Source of the DNA: Dehalococcoidia bacterium
GTDB lineage: Bacteria > Chloroflexota > Dehalococcoidia > Plut-88900
Direction: 5' to 3'
DNA length: 64,000 nucleotides
NCBI GenBank assembly: GCA_965197645.1
Contig: OZ240219.1
Location: forward strand, 512,001 to 576,000
The notes under the pieces are model-generated. The model was not told the origin of the DNA and searched no databases. It saw only the letters and a program-made list of their open reading frames with translations. Shown here piece after piece: positions 37,486-47,987 of this stretch; the stretch's first letter is position 1, and each line of letters opens with the position of its first letter. A program made the position numbers and the translations under genes.

Positions 37486-38569
37486 CAAACAGATGAGGGG
37501 CTGGAGCCTGCTGGCAATAGCTTTGACGCTGGCCCTGGTCACCTCCGCCTGCATCAGGTCTTCCGGTAGCACAACACCGGTATCGAACCCGACTGAGACT
37601 GCGCCAACCCCGGCCATCTCCGGCGCCCGGAACGTGGTCCCTTCGGTGGCCGACATGGTCGAGCTGGCCATGCCGGCTGTCGTCTCCATTACGACAGGCT
37701 CCCTGGAGCTGAGCCTCTTCCTGGAACTGGTACCACAGAACGATGGCGCCGGTTCAGGCGTCCTGATCGATCCCGATGGATTCATCCTCACCAACGACCA
37801 TGTGCTCTCCGACGCCCGACGTATACAGGTCACCCTCACGGATGGTGAGACCTATGACGCCAAGGTGGTCGGCCGAGACCCCTTCACGGACCTGGCAGTG
37901 ATAAAGATAGACGGGGAGGACTTCCCCTGGCTTCCCTTCGGCGACAGCCAGATGCTGCGCGTAGGCGATCCGGTGATAGCCATAGGTCATGCCCTGGCCC
38001 TGGAGGGCAGCCCCACGGTGACCTCAGGCGTGATCAGCGCACTGGACAGAACGGTCCGGCTGTCACCGACGGAGCCGGCGTTGCAGGGACTGGTCCAGAC
38101 CGATGCGTCTATCAATCCGGGCAACAGCGGAGGACCGCTGCTCAACCTAACCGGCGAGGTGATCGGTATCAATACGGCCATAGATAGCCAGATACCGGGG
38201 ATCGGTTTCGCCATAGGCCCGGATACTCTTTCATCGGTTGTAGACCAGCTGAAGACTAATGGCAGGATCATTCGGGGCTACATGGGGGTGCATCTCGCTA
38301 CGGTTACTCCCACCCTTTCCAGCCGCTTCGGCCTCATCGTGACTGAGGGTGTCCTGATTATCGACGTGCTGCCCGGCACACCGGCCTACGACGCCGGGTT
38401 GCGGCCCCTGGACGTGATCACCACCTTCGACAGCACGCCCATCACCACCCATGAGGAGATGATCCGCATGATCCGGGACCACACTATCGGGGAACAGCTG
38501 GAGGTGATCTACATCCGGGCCGGCCATGAGCTCACGGCCAACGTTACCCTGATAGAGCGCCCGCGCTGA
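37478..38569 (+). CDS. HtrA/DegP-like serine protease with PDZ (probable lipoprotein)
   Basis: TNDHV, DLAVIK, QTDASINPGNSGGPL; lipobox-like TSAC. Confidence 0.93.
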   Translation: MGSKQMRGWSLLAIALTLALVTSACIRSSGSTTPVSNPTETAPTPAISGARNVVPSVADMVELAMPAVVSITTGSLELSLFLELVPQNDGAGSGVLIDPDGFILTNDHVLSDARRIQVTLTDGETYDAKVVGRDPFTDLAVIKIDGEDFPWLPFGDSQMLRVGDPVIAIGHALALEGSPTVTSGVISALDRTVRLSPTEPALQGLVQTDASINPGNSGGPLLNLTGEVIGINTAIDSQIPGIGFAIGPDTLSSVVDQLKTNGRIIRGYMGVHLATVTPTLSSRFGLIVTEGVLIIDVLPGTPAYDAGLRPLDVITTFDSTPITTHEEMIRMIRDHTIGEQLEVIYIRAGHELTANVTLIERPR

Positions 38570-38570
38570 T

Positions 38571-41500
38571 CTACCCGGCCGCCTTTACCACTCCCATCAC
38601 CACCTCCGCGCCCGCCAGCTTGTGACTCTCGACGTAGGCTTGGGGCGGTGCATCACCCTCTACCAGCCGGTCCGACAGCGTTTCCTGCCGGATGTAGGCA
38701 TCGAAGGCCCGCACCACCTCACGGGCCTCTGCTCCGCCTCGTATGAAGGTCTCGATGTGGTCTGCTACGTCGAGACCTGCGGACCGGCGCATGGTCTGCA
38801 GCCTGTGCACCACCTCCCTGGCCATTCCCTCCTTCAGCAGCTCATCGGGCACGTCGGTCTCAACGGCCACTACGTAGTCGCCTTCGACGGCAGCTGAGAG
38901 TCCGGATTTGTCCTCTATCTGGACGTTGATCTCACCGGGCTCTAGAAGATAGTCGCCGATCTGGACCTGCTCCCGGGACCTGACTTTCCTCGCCACCTCG
39001 GTTGGAGACAGCTCCGCCATACCTGCGGCTATCTCCCGCACGCCTTTGCCGTACTTGGGCCCTAGGACAGGGGTGTTGGGCGTCACCGAATAGTCCACCA
39101 AACTCTCTTCATTGGCTGCCAGCTCCAGCTCTTTGACGTTCAGCTCCTCGGACACCTGGCTGAAAAGCCGACGCAGCACATCCGCTTCCCCCTGATTTCT
39201 GGGCTTCACTTTGACCTTGGCCAGGGGCTGGCGCACCCGGATGTTGGCCCTGCTCCGTGCGGCTCTACCCATGCTGCAGACCCGCATCACCAGCCGGATC
39301 TCTTCGTTCAGGGTATCGTCTACCAAAGCCTGGTCGGCGACGGGGTACTCGGCGAGGTGGACGCTCTCCGGCGCATCCGGATCAACGGAGCACACCAGGT
39401 TCCGGTACATCGCTTCGGCGGTAAACGGGGTAAAGGGGGCCAACAGCTTGGATAGCGTCACCAGGCAGTGATAGATGGTGGAGTAGGCGGAAAGCTTGTC
39501 GGCGTCGTTTTCGCTTTTCCAGAACCGACGCCGGCTGCGGCGTACGTACCAGTTGGACAGACCGTCCACGAAGGCCTCTATCTTGCGTCCTGCGTCCGTT
39601 GGCTGGTAGCCCTCCAGGTCTCGGGTCACCTCCGACACCAAACGGTTCAGCTCGGAAATCAGCCACCTGTCCAGCTCGGACGACGGGTCTGCAGCACCAT
39701 TGGAGCCGGGATCGTACCCATCTATGTTGGCGTAGGTAACGAAGAAGGAGTAGGTGTTCCAGAGGGTCAGCATGAACTTGCGCAGCGTTTCCCCCACCAG
39801 CTGCTCCGAGAACCTGCGGGAGTTGCCGGGCGGCGAGGTGGTGTACAGGTACCAGCGGAGGGCATCGGCTCCCTGGTTGTCCAGCACAGACCACGGGTCC
39901 ACCACGTTGCCCTTGGACTTGCTCATCTTCTCGCCGCCTTGGTCGAGGATGTGGCCCAGGCAGATCACGTTTTTGAAGCAGGGCTCGGCGAAGATCAGCG
40001 ACGAGATGGCATGCAGGCTATAGAACCATCCTCGGGTCTGGTCCACCGCCTCGCAGATGTAGTCGGCGGGATGCCGGCCATCCTCCCTGACGGTGGGGTT
40101 TTCGAAGGGATAGTGGTACTGGGCCAGCTGCATGGCGCCGGAGTCGAACCAAACGTCCAGCACCTCGGGAATCCGTCGCATGACGCCGTTGCAGCTCGAG
40201 CAGCGGAACTGGACATCGTCCACGTATGGCCGGTGAAGGTCCAGGTCTTCGGGCATCCCCTCTAGACCGGGCTGGGAGCGCAACTCGTCCACGCCGCCGA
40301 TGCACTGGTGATCCTTGCAGGAACCACAGCGCCATATGGGTAGGGGGGTGCCCCAGTACCGCTCTCGGGAGATGGCCCAGTCGACGTTGTTTCTGAGCCA
40401 CTCGCCGAACCGGCCCCACTGGATGTGGGACGGATACCAGTTGATCTTTTCGTTGCCTTCCAGAAGGGCATCGCTGATCTGGGTCGTCCTGATGTACCAG
40501 GAGCTCTTGGCGTAGTAGATCAGGGGAGACGAGCATCGCCAGCAGAAGGGATAGGTGTGCTTGATGTAGGTCTGGCGGAAGAGAAGTCCCCTGGCGGCCA
40601 GATCGTCAACTATGTCCCCGTCTGCGTCCTTGATGAACTTGCCGGTGAAGGGGAACTGGCCGATGATGGCCCCCTGCAGGTCCACGTGCTGGACGAAGAA
40701 CAGGTCGTTGTCGCCGCCGGCCTTGAAGTCGTCATCGCCGAAGGCGGGAGCGATGTGGACAACCCCCGTGCCTTCGTTGAGAGAAACGAAGTCGGCTTCG
40801 ATAACCGAGTATCGTGCCGTACTATCGTGGCTATAGGAACCTCCGCGGTCCATCCGGCCGCCGGTAAACCCTGCGATGCCGGGGACCTTGTAGGACACCG
40901 GGTTGTACAGAGCTTCGTACTGGACGCCGGCGAGGGAGGACCCGGGAAAGGAATCAATTACCTGGTAACCCGGAGACAGCAGGTCCCTGGCGACGGCCTC
41001 AGCGAGGATAAGCCGCTCCGGTATGGCGCCCGGCGTTTTATCCTCGACCAGCACGTACTCGGCATCCGGGGCCACGGCTAATGCGGTGTTTCCCGGCAGC
41101 GTCCACGGGGTGGTGGTCCAGGCCAGTATGTAGGTTGGCAGGGCGGAGCTGGAGACCGCTTCTCGGACCTGACCGGACCCTCCCGGCGCATTGGCATCGA
41201 TCTTGAACTTTACGAATATGGCGATATCGGGGGTGTTCTCCTGGTATCCCAGGGCGACTTCGTGGTCGGAAAGGGAGGTGACGCAGCGGGGACAGTGCCA
41301 GATAGACTTGTAGGACTGCTCGACCAGGTCCCGGTCCCAGACCTGCTTGATTATCCACCACACGGTCTCGATGTAGCTGTTCTCGAAGGTGACGTAAGGG
41401 TGCTCCATGTCCACCCAGAACCCCACCCGGTCCGTCATCTCCTCCCACTCCTTCACGTACCGCATGACGCTCTCTTTGCATGCGGTATTGAAAGCCTCCA

Positions 41501-41858
41501 CACCGTGCTTTTCTATATCTGCTTTTGCGGTGAACCCCAGGCTCTTCTCCACCTCCAGCTCCACGGGCAGGCCGTGGGTGTCCCAGCCCGCCTTGCGGGG
41601 AGCCTGAAAGCCCTGCATGGTCTTGAACCTAGGCATAATGTCCTTGAACACGCGGGACAGGACGTGGTGGATGCCCGGGCTGGCGTTGGCGGTGGGCGGA
41701 CCCTCGTAGAGCAGGTAGATGGGGCTTCCCTCCCGCTCCTCCACCGAGCGTTGGGGAATCCGGTTCTCCTTCCAGAAGGACAGGATGTCGCGCTCCATCT
41801 GGGGAAAGCTCACCTTGGCCGAGACCGGCTTGAATACCTCTGTTTTTTCTGTTGTCAT
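38571..41858 (-). CDS. ileS: Isoleucine--tRNA ligase (type 2-like)
   Basis: GPPTAN..GIHH, GWDTHGLP, WTTTPWTLP, DQTRGWFYSL, KMSKS. Confidence 0.97.
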   Translation of the reverse strand: MTTEKTEVFKPVSAKVSFPQMERDILSFWKENRIPQRSVEEREGSPIYLLYEGPPTANASPGIHHVLSRVFKDIMPRFKTMQGFQAPRKAGWDTHGLPVELEVEKSLGFTAKADIEKHGVEAFNTACKESVMRYVKEWEEMTDRVGFWVDMEHPYVTFENSYIETVWWIIKQVWDRDLVEQSYKSIWHCPRCVTSLSDHEVALGYQENTPDIAIFVKFKIDANAPGGSGQVREAVSSSALPTYILAWTTTPWTLPGNTALAVAPDAEYVLVEDKTPGAIPERLILAEAVARDLLSPGYQVIDSFPGSSLAGVQYEALYNPVSYKVPGIAGFTGGRMDRGGSYSHDSTARYSVIEADFVSLNEGTGVVHIAPAFGDDDFKAGGDNDLFFVQHVDLQGAIIGQFPFTGKFIKDADGDIVDDLAARGLLFRQTYIKHTYPFCWRCSSPLIYYAKSSWYIRTTQISDALLEGNEKINWYPSHIQWGRFGEWLRNNVDWAISRERYWGTPLPIWRCGSCKDHQCIGGVDELRSQPGLEGMPEDLDLHRPYVDDVQFRCSSCNGVMRRIPEVLDVWFDSGAMQLAQYHYPFENPTVREDGRHPADYICEAVDQTRGWFYSLHAISSLIFAEPCFKNVICLGHILDQGGEKMSKSKGNVVDPWSVLDNQGADALRWYLYTTSPPGNSRRFSEQLVGETLRKFMLTLWNTYSFFVTYANIDGYDPGSNGAADPSSELDRWLISELNRLVSEVTRDLEGYQPTDAGRKIEAFVDGLSNWYVRRSRRRFWKSENDADKLSAYSTIYHCLVTLSKLLAPFTPFTAEAMYRNLVCSVDPDAPESVHLAEYPVADQALVDDTLNEEIRLVMRVCSMGRAARSRANIRVRQPLAKVKVKPRNQGEADVLRRLFSQVSEELNVKELELAANEESLVDYSVTPNTPVLGPKYGKGVREIAAGMAELSPTEVARKVRSREQVQIGDYLLEPGEINVQIEDKSGLSAAVEGDYVVAVETDVPDELLKEGMAREVVHRLQTMRRSAGLDVADHIETFIRGGAEAREVVRAFDAYIRQETLSDRLVEGDAPPQAYVESHKLAGAEVVMGVVKAAG

Positions 41859-41914
41859 TGCTACTGTCCGTTTCCGCTTCTTATAGTTCTCCAGCAAAAC
41901 TGACTACGGTTCGT

Positions 41915-42210
41915 GGGCAAAACAAAATCCCGTCCCATGAGGGACGGGATCATCGGCTACCCGCGGTACCACCCTTTTTGCCTCGATCGTATCGGGGCCA
42001 CTTACCAGGACGGGCTCCGGCATGTCGGAACGCGTCCAAGCCCCTTCAACGGTGGGCTACTCCGGTCGCATCTACTCCTCCGACAGTGGTCGGGGTTTCC
42101 GGCGACGGCTCGGGAGGGATTTTCGGGCCGGGGCATCGCGTCTGCTTCCACCTGACCAGACTCTCTGGGCGAGCCTTCCGACCCTACTCTTCTCCGTCTG
42201 CGCCTTTGTA
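41915..42210 (-). promoter_or_regulatory. T-box riboswitch (Ile specifier) with terminator
   Basis: AGTAG/AGAGA stem I motifs, specifier GAAAATC (ATC at 42118-42120), T-box AGGGTGGTACCGCG (about 41962-41975), hairpin ATCCCGTCCC..GGGACGGGAT followed by a T-tract. Confidence 0.92.
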
Positions 42211-42248
42211 CAGAATTCGGTTTGTCTAATCCGGCGCCCTTCGGCGGA

Positions 42249-42512
42249 CTAGGCCGGCGAGGGGGCTTCCAGCTTCTCCTTGATCGCCTCTTTGATCTCC
42301 GCCACGTCGGGGAAGCGGCCCGTCTCCAGCTTGGAGAACACCGTCTCTCCGTTGATGCGAAATTCGAACTTGCCCTGCGATGCGGTTATTATCGTGTACG
42401 ATGCGATATCGTAGTCGTATTCCCGCATTACCTCTTCCGTCAGACTGACGGCTTCCGGCAGGTAGTTTCACAGGGTGCAGTATTCGAGCTCGACGTTCAG
42501 TTTCTGCTGCAT
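42249..42512 (-). CDS. Rdx family (SelW/SelT/SelH-like) selenoprotein, 87 aa
   Basis: MQQKLNVELEYCTL-TGA(42468-42470)-NYLPEA..GKFEFRINGETVFSKLETGRFP; CxxU motif; missed by the ORF track. Confidence 0.9.
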
Positions 42513-42693
42513 CTCTCGGACTTTCCTTCCTGCAGTTGCCCCGCTTTTCTCGAAGCGATTCCTCCAAAAGGCGAAGCACATTATACGTCACACACAGTTC
42601 GTTGTGAAGTTGTGCTCAAACCAGGCGTCTCATAGACCCGGAAACCGACGCTCCAAAACGGGACCGATAGGCGTCGAGCGGCCCCCTGTTTTC

Positions 42694-42722
42694 TTGATGC
42701 CCGGTGTGCCCTATGCTATGAT
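42694..42722 (+). promoter_or_regulatory. Putative promoter of the ybeY-dnaX operon
   Basis: TTGATG-17-TATGAT with TG extension. Confidence 0.55.
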
Positions 42723-42767
42723 TTCAACACCGTTTCACCCTTTGGAACCATCTATTGCGCCTCTCTC

Positions 42768-43271
42768 TTGACTAGCCTGAAACAGTTGCAACTCGACTTG
42801 CTCGTCCGTCCTGATTATCGTGGAAACGTGGACGAAAGCAGGCTGGAAGCGATCGTCCGGAAGACGCTGCGCCGGTACGATCTTCCCGCACCTATCGAGG
42901 TGGGCCTCGTGATCACCGACGACCGGGAAGTGGCCGATCTCAACCGGCGCTACCGCGGGAAGCAGGGGACCACCGACGTTCTATCCTTCTCTACGAACGA
43001 CGAGTCGGCAACCGATGAGGACTTCGTCTCTCCTCCTGATGGCGTCAATCCGCTGGGCGAGGTGATAGTTTCCTACCCCCAGGCTGAGAGACAGGCTCGG
43101 GAGCATGGCCACTCCACGGAGGAGGAGGTCACTTTTCTGATCGTTCACGGCCTCCTCCATCTCCTGGGCTACGACCACGAGGTGGAGTCCCAGGCCCTGA
43201 TCATGAGAGAACAGGAAACGGCGGCTCTGGCGGACATTGGAATAGACCGGGCGACGTTGAAGATAGGTTAG
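42768..43271 (+). CDS. ybeY: rRNA maturation endoribonuclease YbeY
   Basis: LNRRYRG..TDVLSF, HGLLHLLGYDH. Confidence 0.95.
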   Translation: MTSLKQLQLDLLVRPDYRGNVDESRLEAIVRKTLRRYDLPAPIEVGLVITDDREVADLNRRYRGKQGTTDVLSFSTNDESATDEDFVSPPDGVNPLGEVIVSYPQAERQAREHGHSTEEEVTFLIVHGLLHLLGYDHEVESQALIMREQETAALADIGIDRATLKIG

Positions 43272-43276
43272 GACCC

Positions 43277-44983
43277 ATGCCCTCGGAAGTGTTGTACAGA
43301 AAATGGCGACCCCAGGCCCTTTCGGACGTGGTGGGTCAGGAGCACGTTACTCAGACCCTGGCAAACGCACTGGCCCAGGAGCGCGTAGCCCACGCCTACC
43401 TCTTCTGCGGCCCCCGGGGCACCGGAAAGACCAGCACGGGCCGCATACTGGCCAAAGCGATCAACTGCCAGAAGAACGGCCAGGGTGAGCCGTGCAACGA
43501 TTGTCCCATGTGTGCGGCTATAACCGGCGGCAGCGCCCTCGACCTGATTGAGATCGACGCCGCCAGCAACAGGGGCATCGATGAGATCCGGGACCTGAGG
43601 GAGAAGGTGAACTTCTCTCCCTCCGATGCCCGGCGCAAGGTCTACATCATAGACGAGGTCCACATGCTGACCGATGCCGCCTTCAACGCCCTTCTCAAAA
43701 CCTTGGAGGAGCCGCCAAGTCACGTCATCTTCATACTGGCCACCACTGAGGCCCACAAGCTACCCGCCACCATCGTATCCCGTTGCCAGAGGTTCGACTT
43801 TCGCCGTATCTCCAGGGCATCGGTGGAGGAGAGGCTCCGGGTCATCTGCGAAGACGAGAAAGTGGATGCCGATCCATGGGTGCTCACGCACGTTGCCCGC
43901 TCCAGCGACGGCAGCCTGCGGGATGCGGAGAACCTGCTGGAGCAACTCGTCGTGTACTACGGCGAGAAACTGGAGCCTGCCCAGGTCCGGCACCTCCTCG
44001 GCATCTCTGCGGACATGCCGTTGCAGGAGTTCACCTCCAGCCTGCTGACCGGCCGGGTGTCCGAGGGACTCAGGATACTGAATCGAGCGAGAGACCAGGG
44101 CGTGGACCTGCGCCAGTTCCAGAGGGAACTCCTGGAGCGTCTCAGAGGGCTGATGATGGTCAAAGCCGGGGCCGAAGACCTGCTGGACCTACCCTCCGAG
44201 GAGCTGGCCGACGTCAAAACGCTGGCGCCGGACCTAGATTTGAGGGAGATCACGGCCGCCGTGCACCTGTTCGGCAAGCTGGACCTTCGCTCAGACGCAC
44301 AGTCCTCCCTGCCGCTGGAGACGGCGTTGGTGGAGTACTCGCTCACGCTCAAAAAGGCCCCGGACCAGGCGCCGAAGGGTGCTGAACCGACGACTGTCCC
44401 CGCCGAGGATCCGGTATCCCCACCAGCACCGCCGGCCGCAGTTGCACCGACGGTGGTACCGGTGGACCCACCCGTTCCGCCGCCTATAGCCGTACCGAGG
44501 GTGGTCGAAGCCGCTCCCGCCGATGAAGTTTCTGGGCCTGAAGCCGGAGAGGCCCCCGGACCTGAAGCCGGAGAGACCGATCAAAAAGCAGCCCCACCGA
44601 AACCGGTGCCGGTCTCCAGCATCGATACCTTCCGGTCCCGGTGGCCGGAGCTGGTCGACGCGCTCAGGGGCGTGGGTTCCAAGGGCAGCCTGGACGCGCT
44701 GCTGCGAAACGCCTGTGAACCGATCTCGGTGGAGGGCGAAACCCTGGTGGTAGGGTTCTACTACCCCTTCCACAAAAACAAGATAGAGGACCCCAAGTAC
44801 CGCCACCTGGTGGAGAAGAAGGTCAGGGAGGTATTTGGCGCTCCGTACCGCATCCAGTGCGATTTAGTCAACAGAGATGAACGCCAGCCACCGGAGCGCC
44901 CGCGGGCCCGCGGACCACTGGTGGAGGCGGCGTTGGAGATGGGAGCGGAGATCGTCGATGCCGGTTCTCAAAGAGCCGATTAG
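43277..44983 (+). CDS. dnaX: DNA polymerase III subunit gamma/tau
   Basis: LYRKWRPQ, GPRGTGKT, DAASNRGID, IIDEVHML, SRCQ; Pro-rich linker. Confidence 0.97.
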   Translation: MPSEVLYRKWRPQALSDVVGQEHVTQTLANALAQERVAHAYLFCGPRGTGKTSTGRILAKAINCQKNGQGEPCNDCPMCAAITGGSALDLIEIDAASNRGIDEIRDLREKVNFSPSDARRKVYIIDEVHMLTDAAFNALLKTLEEPPSHVIFILATTEAHKLPATIVSRCQRFDFRRISRASVEERLRVICEDEKVDADPWVLTHVARSSDGSLRDAENLLEQLVVYYGEKLEPAQVRHLLGISADMPLQEFTSSLLTGRVSEGLRILNRARDQGVDLRQFQRELLERLRGLMMVKAGAEDLLDLPSEELADVKTLAPDLDLREITAAVHLFGKLDLRSDAQSSLPLETALVEYSLTLKKAPDQAPKGAEPTTVPAEDPVSPPAPPAAVAPTVVPVDPPVPPPIAVPRVVEAAPADEVSGPEAGEAPGPEAGETDQKAAPPKPVPVSSIDTFRSRWPELVDALRGVGSKGSLDALLRNACEPISVEGETLVVGFYYPFHKNKIEDPKYRHLVEKKVREVFGAPYRIQCDLVNRDERQPPERPRARGPLVEAALEMGAEIVDAGSQRAD

Positions 44984-44995
44984 GGAGTATACGTA

Positions 44996-45316
44996 ATGGC
45001 GATGAACCGACAGATGCGGCGGCAGATGAAGCAGATGCAGGGGCTTCAGGACGCTCTAGCCAAGGCCCAGGAAGATCTGGATGAGGAGACTGTAGAGGCC
45101 AGCGCCGGTGGGGGAGCCGTGACCGTGGTAATGAGTGGGCAGCAGAAGATACGCTCTGTCAAGATATCGCCCGAGGTGGTGGACCCCGAAGAGGTGGACA
45201 TGCTGGAAGACCTGGTAACGGCTGCCGTGGGCGAGGCCATCGAGAAGTCGCAGAGCCTGGCCTCGGAGCGCATGGGCGGCCTGACCGGCGGCCTGGGCCT
45301 GCCGGGACTCACGTAG
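44996..45316 (+). CDS. ybaB: YbaB/EbfC nucleoid-associated protein
   Basis: AGGGAVTV, DPEEVDMLEDLV; dnaX-ybaB-recR synteny. Confidence 0.95.
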   Translation: MAMNRQMRRQMKQMQGLQDALAKAQEDLDEETVEASAGGGAVTVVMSGQQKIRSVKISPEVVDPEEVDMLEDLVTAAVGEAIEKSQSLASERMGGLTGGLGLPGLT

Positions 45317-45331
45317 GGACGGGACCGTAGG

Positions 45332-45937
45332 ATGACCTCATCGCCGACGGCGCCAGCCGTCGCCCGTCTGATAGAGGCTTTCAACAAGCTTCCGGGCATC
45401 GGGCCGAAGTCGGCCCAGCGCCTCACTTACTATCTCGTTCGAATGCCGCCGGAGGAGGCGCGCTCTCTATCCGAGGCGATTCTCGCCGTCAAAGACCGGA
45501 TATCCTTCTGCTCGGGGTGCCAGAACATCACCGAATCGGACCCCTGTCCTGTCTGCAACTCCCACAACCGGGACCGAAGCCTCATCTGCGTCGTAGAGGA
45601 GCCGTTGGACATACTGCCCTTGGAGCGATCGGGTAAGTTCACCGGGCTATACCACGTACTCCACGGGGTAATCTCGCCCATGAACGGTATCGGCCCGGAG
45701 GATCTGAAGATCAAGGAGCTGCTGCAGCGGCTCAAGGACGGCGAGGTAACCGAGGTGCTCCTCGGCATCAACCCCAACCTGGAGGGCGACGCCACCTGCA
45801 TGTACCTCAACGGCCTCATATCTCCCCTGGGCGTCCGGGTAACCCGCCTGGCCCGGGGTCTTCCCGCCGGAGGCGACCTGGAGTACGCCGACGATCTGAC
45901 CCTGGCCAGGGCCATCGAGGGACGCCAGCCAATTTAA
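45332..45937 (+). CDS. recR: Recombination mediator RecR
   Basis: LPGIGPKSAQRL, C4 zinc finger, Toprim, YAD. Confidence 0.97.
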   Translation: MTSSPTAPAVARLIEAFNKLPGIGPKSAQRLTYYLVRMPPEEARSLSEAILAVKDRISFCSGCQNITESDPCPVCNSHNRDRSLICVVEEPLDILPLERSGKFTGLYHVLHGVISPMNGIGPEDLKIKELLQRLKDGEVTEVLLGINPNLEGDATCMYLNGLISPLGVRVTRLARGLPAGGDLEYADDLTLARAIEGRQPI

Positions 45938-45951
45938 CGGTACAGTGCACC

Positions 45952-46785
45952 ATGCCGAAACCCCGTGTTTACAAGACGGAGGCTGTCGTTCTGAAGCATA
46001 CCCTGCTGGGCGATGCCGATAAGATTCTGACCCTCTATACCCCCCACCTGGGCAAGGTGCGGGCCGTGGCCAAGGGAGCCAGGCGAGCCAAGAGCAGACT
46101 GGCCGGCCACATCGAACCGCTGACCAGGAGCGCCATGTTGCTGTCGCAGGGACAGAACCTGGACGTGGTGAGCCAGAGCGAGACGATTAACGGTTTTCTG
46201 GGTCTCCGCGAGGACCTGGAACGCACGACTCTCGGTATCTATGCCGCGGAGCTGGTTGACCTGTTCACCCTTCAGGACGACGCAAGCCCGTCTCTCTACA
46301 ACCTGTTCCTCATCACCCTGGAGGCGCTGTGCAAAGCAGCCAACCCCGCCATGGTCATCCGCTACTACGAAACCCGGCTGCTGGACTCCCTGGGGTTCAG
46401 ACCGGAGCTGAACGCCTGCATCTCCTGCCGGAGCCCGATGGGGCAGGAGTATACCTACTTCAGCGTTTCCGGGGGAGGCATCGTGTGCTCCGGTTGTCGT
46501 GGGGGAGAGGCCTCGGCTAGGCCGATCTCCCGGGACGCACTGGAGGCCTTTCGATTCGTCCAGCGGGCCGGCCTGGAGAACGTTCAAGACCTCACCACCC
46601 CTGCCCCTCTGTCCCGGGAGCTGGAGGTAACCCTGAGAGAGTACATCCGCTACCTACTGGAACGAGATGTCCGGTCGACGGGGTTCGTTGATACCGTTAG
46701 GAGACAGGTGCACCTTAGTGCCGAAGGACCCGCAGCCGCATCCCGTCCCGGAGGCCCCGGCACTGCCCGTAAGCGCCCGAATTGA
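45952..46785 (+). CDS. recO: DNA repair protein RecO
   Basis: GDADKILTLYT..GKVRAVAKGARR, CISC..CSGC. Confidence 0.95.
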   Translation: MPKPRVYKTEAVVLKHTLLGDADKILTLYTPHLGKVRAVAKGARRAKSRLAGHIEPLTRSAMLLSQGQNLDVVSQSETINGFLGLREDLERTTLGIYAAELVDLFTLQDDASPSLYNLFLITLEALCKAANPAMVIRYYETRLLDSLGFRPELNACISCRSPMGQEYTYFSVSGGGIVCSGCRGGEASARPISRDALEAFRFVQRAGLENVQDLTTPAPLSRELEVTLREYIRYLLERDVRSTGFVDTVRRQVHLSAEGPAAASRPGGPGTARKRPN

Positions 46786-47960
46786 TAGCTAAAGCCCTTC
46801 TAGCGGTCGTACTTGCAAGCGTAGTCCTGGCATCGGCCTGCGCCTCCGACGGGGACGAGGAGCCGACAGCGGACATCAAGGCCCTGGTGCAAAGGGCCGT
46901 GGCCACGGCGCTGGCGGACCTGGATCTAGATACCTCCACTTCCGCACCTGCTCCCCGAGCGAGTCCGGCCCCCGATAGCGTGGTCCAGGAAGTCTACAGG
47001 CAGGTCAACCAGTCGGTGGTGCACATTACCACCACCGCCTTCACCGAAGACTTCGCCATGCAGGTAGTGCCTCAAGAGGGCTCAGGTTCGGGGTTCGTGT
47101 GGGACGAGGAGGGCAGAATAGTCACCAACAACCACGTGGTTGAGGGCGCCGAGATCATCGAGGTGATCCTGGCCGACGGCACCGTCCTAGAAGCCGAGCT
47201 CCTCGGCGGGGACCCCAACACGGACCTGGCCGTTATCCAGGTGGACGCGCCCGCCGGCAGTCTCGTGCCGGTGCCGGTTGGCGACTCCAGCCAGCTTCAG
47301 GTAGGCCAAATGGCCATCGCAGTGGGGAACCCCTTCGGGCTGGCCAGAACGGTAACGACCGGAGTGGTCAGCGCCCTGGGACGAACTCTGAGGGCCGATA
47401 ACAACCGGTTGATCATCGACGTGATCCAGACCGACGCAGCCATCAATCCGGGCAATTCCGGCGGCCCCCTTCTCAACTCCTCGGGCGAGGTGATCGGGAT
47501 AAACACGGCTATCTTCAGCCCCGGCGGCGCAGGATCGGTGGGCATAGGGTTCGCCGTACCGGTGAATACCGCCAAACGCTGGGTGCCGGAGCTGATACAG
47601 TTCGGCCGAGCGCGCCATCCCGCCCTCGGCATATCGATTCTAGACGTGAACAACCTCCTAGCCGAGGCCTTGGGCCTCTCAGTGGACCGGGGCCTGCTGG
47701 TCCAGCAGGTGGTTCCGGGAGGACCGGCCGACCAGGCGGGGATAAGAGGTGGTGACCAGTTGACGCAGATCGGCAACGCCCAGCTGCTGGTAGGCGGAGA
47801 CATTATCCTCTCCCTCGATGGCCGGGCCCTCATTACCCGGGACGACATCACCACCTACCTGGACGCCAACACCTCCGTGGGCGACGAGGTGGAAGTGACC
47901 CTGGTGCGGGACGGCGAAGAGATGACCATATCGTTGACGCTGGGAGAGCTGGGCGGGTAG
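46782..47960 (+). CDS. HtrA-like serine protease lipoprotein with PDZ
   Basis: Lipobox ASAC; TNNHV, QTDAAINPGNSGGPL. Confidence 0.93.
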   Translation: MIAKALLAVVLASVVLASACASDGDEEPTADIKALVQRAVATALADLDLDTSTSAPAPRASPAPDSVVQEVYRQVNQSVVHITTTAFTEDFAMQVVPQEGSGSGFVWDEEGRIVTNNHVVEGAEIIEVILADGTVLEAELLGGDPNTDLAVIQVDAPAGSLVPVPVGDSSQLQVGQMAIAVGNPFGLARTVTTGVVSALGRTLRADNNRLIIDVIQTDAAINPGNSGGPLLNSSGEVIGINTAIFSPGGAGSVGIGFAVPVNTAKRWVPELIQFGRARHPALGISILDVNNLLAEALGLSVDRGLLVQQVVPGGPADQAGIRGGDQLTQIGNAQLLVGGDIILSLDGRALITRDDITTYLDANTSVGDEVEVTLVRDGEEMTISLTLGELGG

Positions 47961-47987
47961 CCGGACACTGCTACTCCAGCCCCGGCC

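Noticed and set aside
44534-44577. 24-nt tandem repeat in dnaX (GPEAGE twice)
   Set aside because: Ordinary in-frame variation in a low-complexity linker
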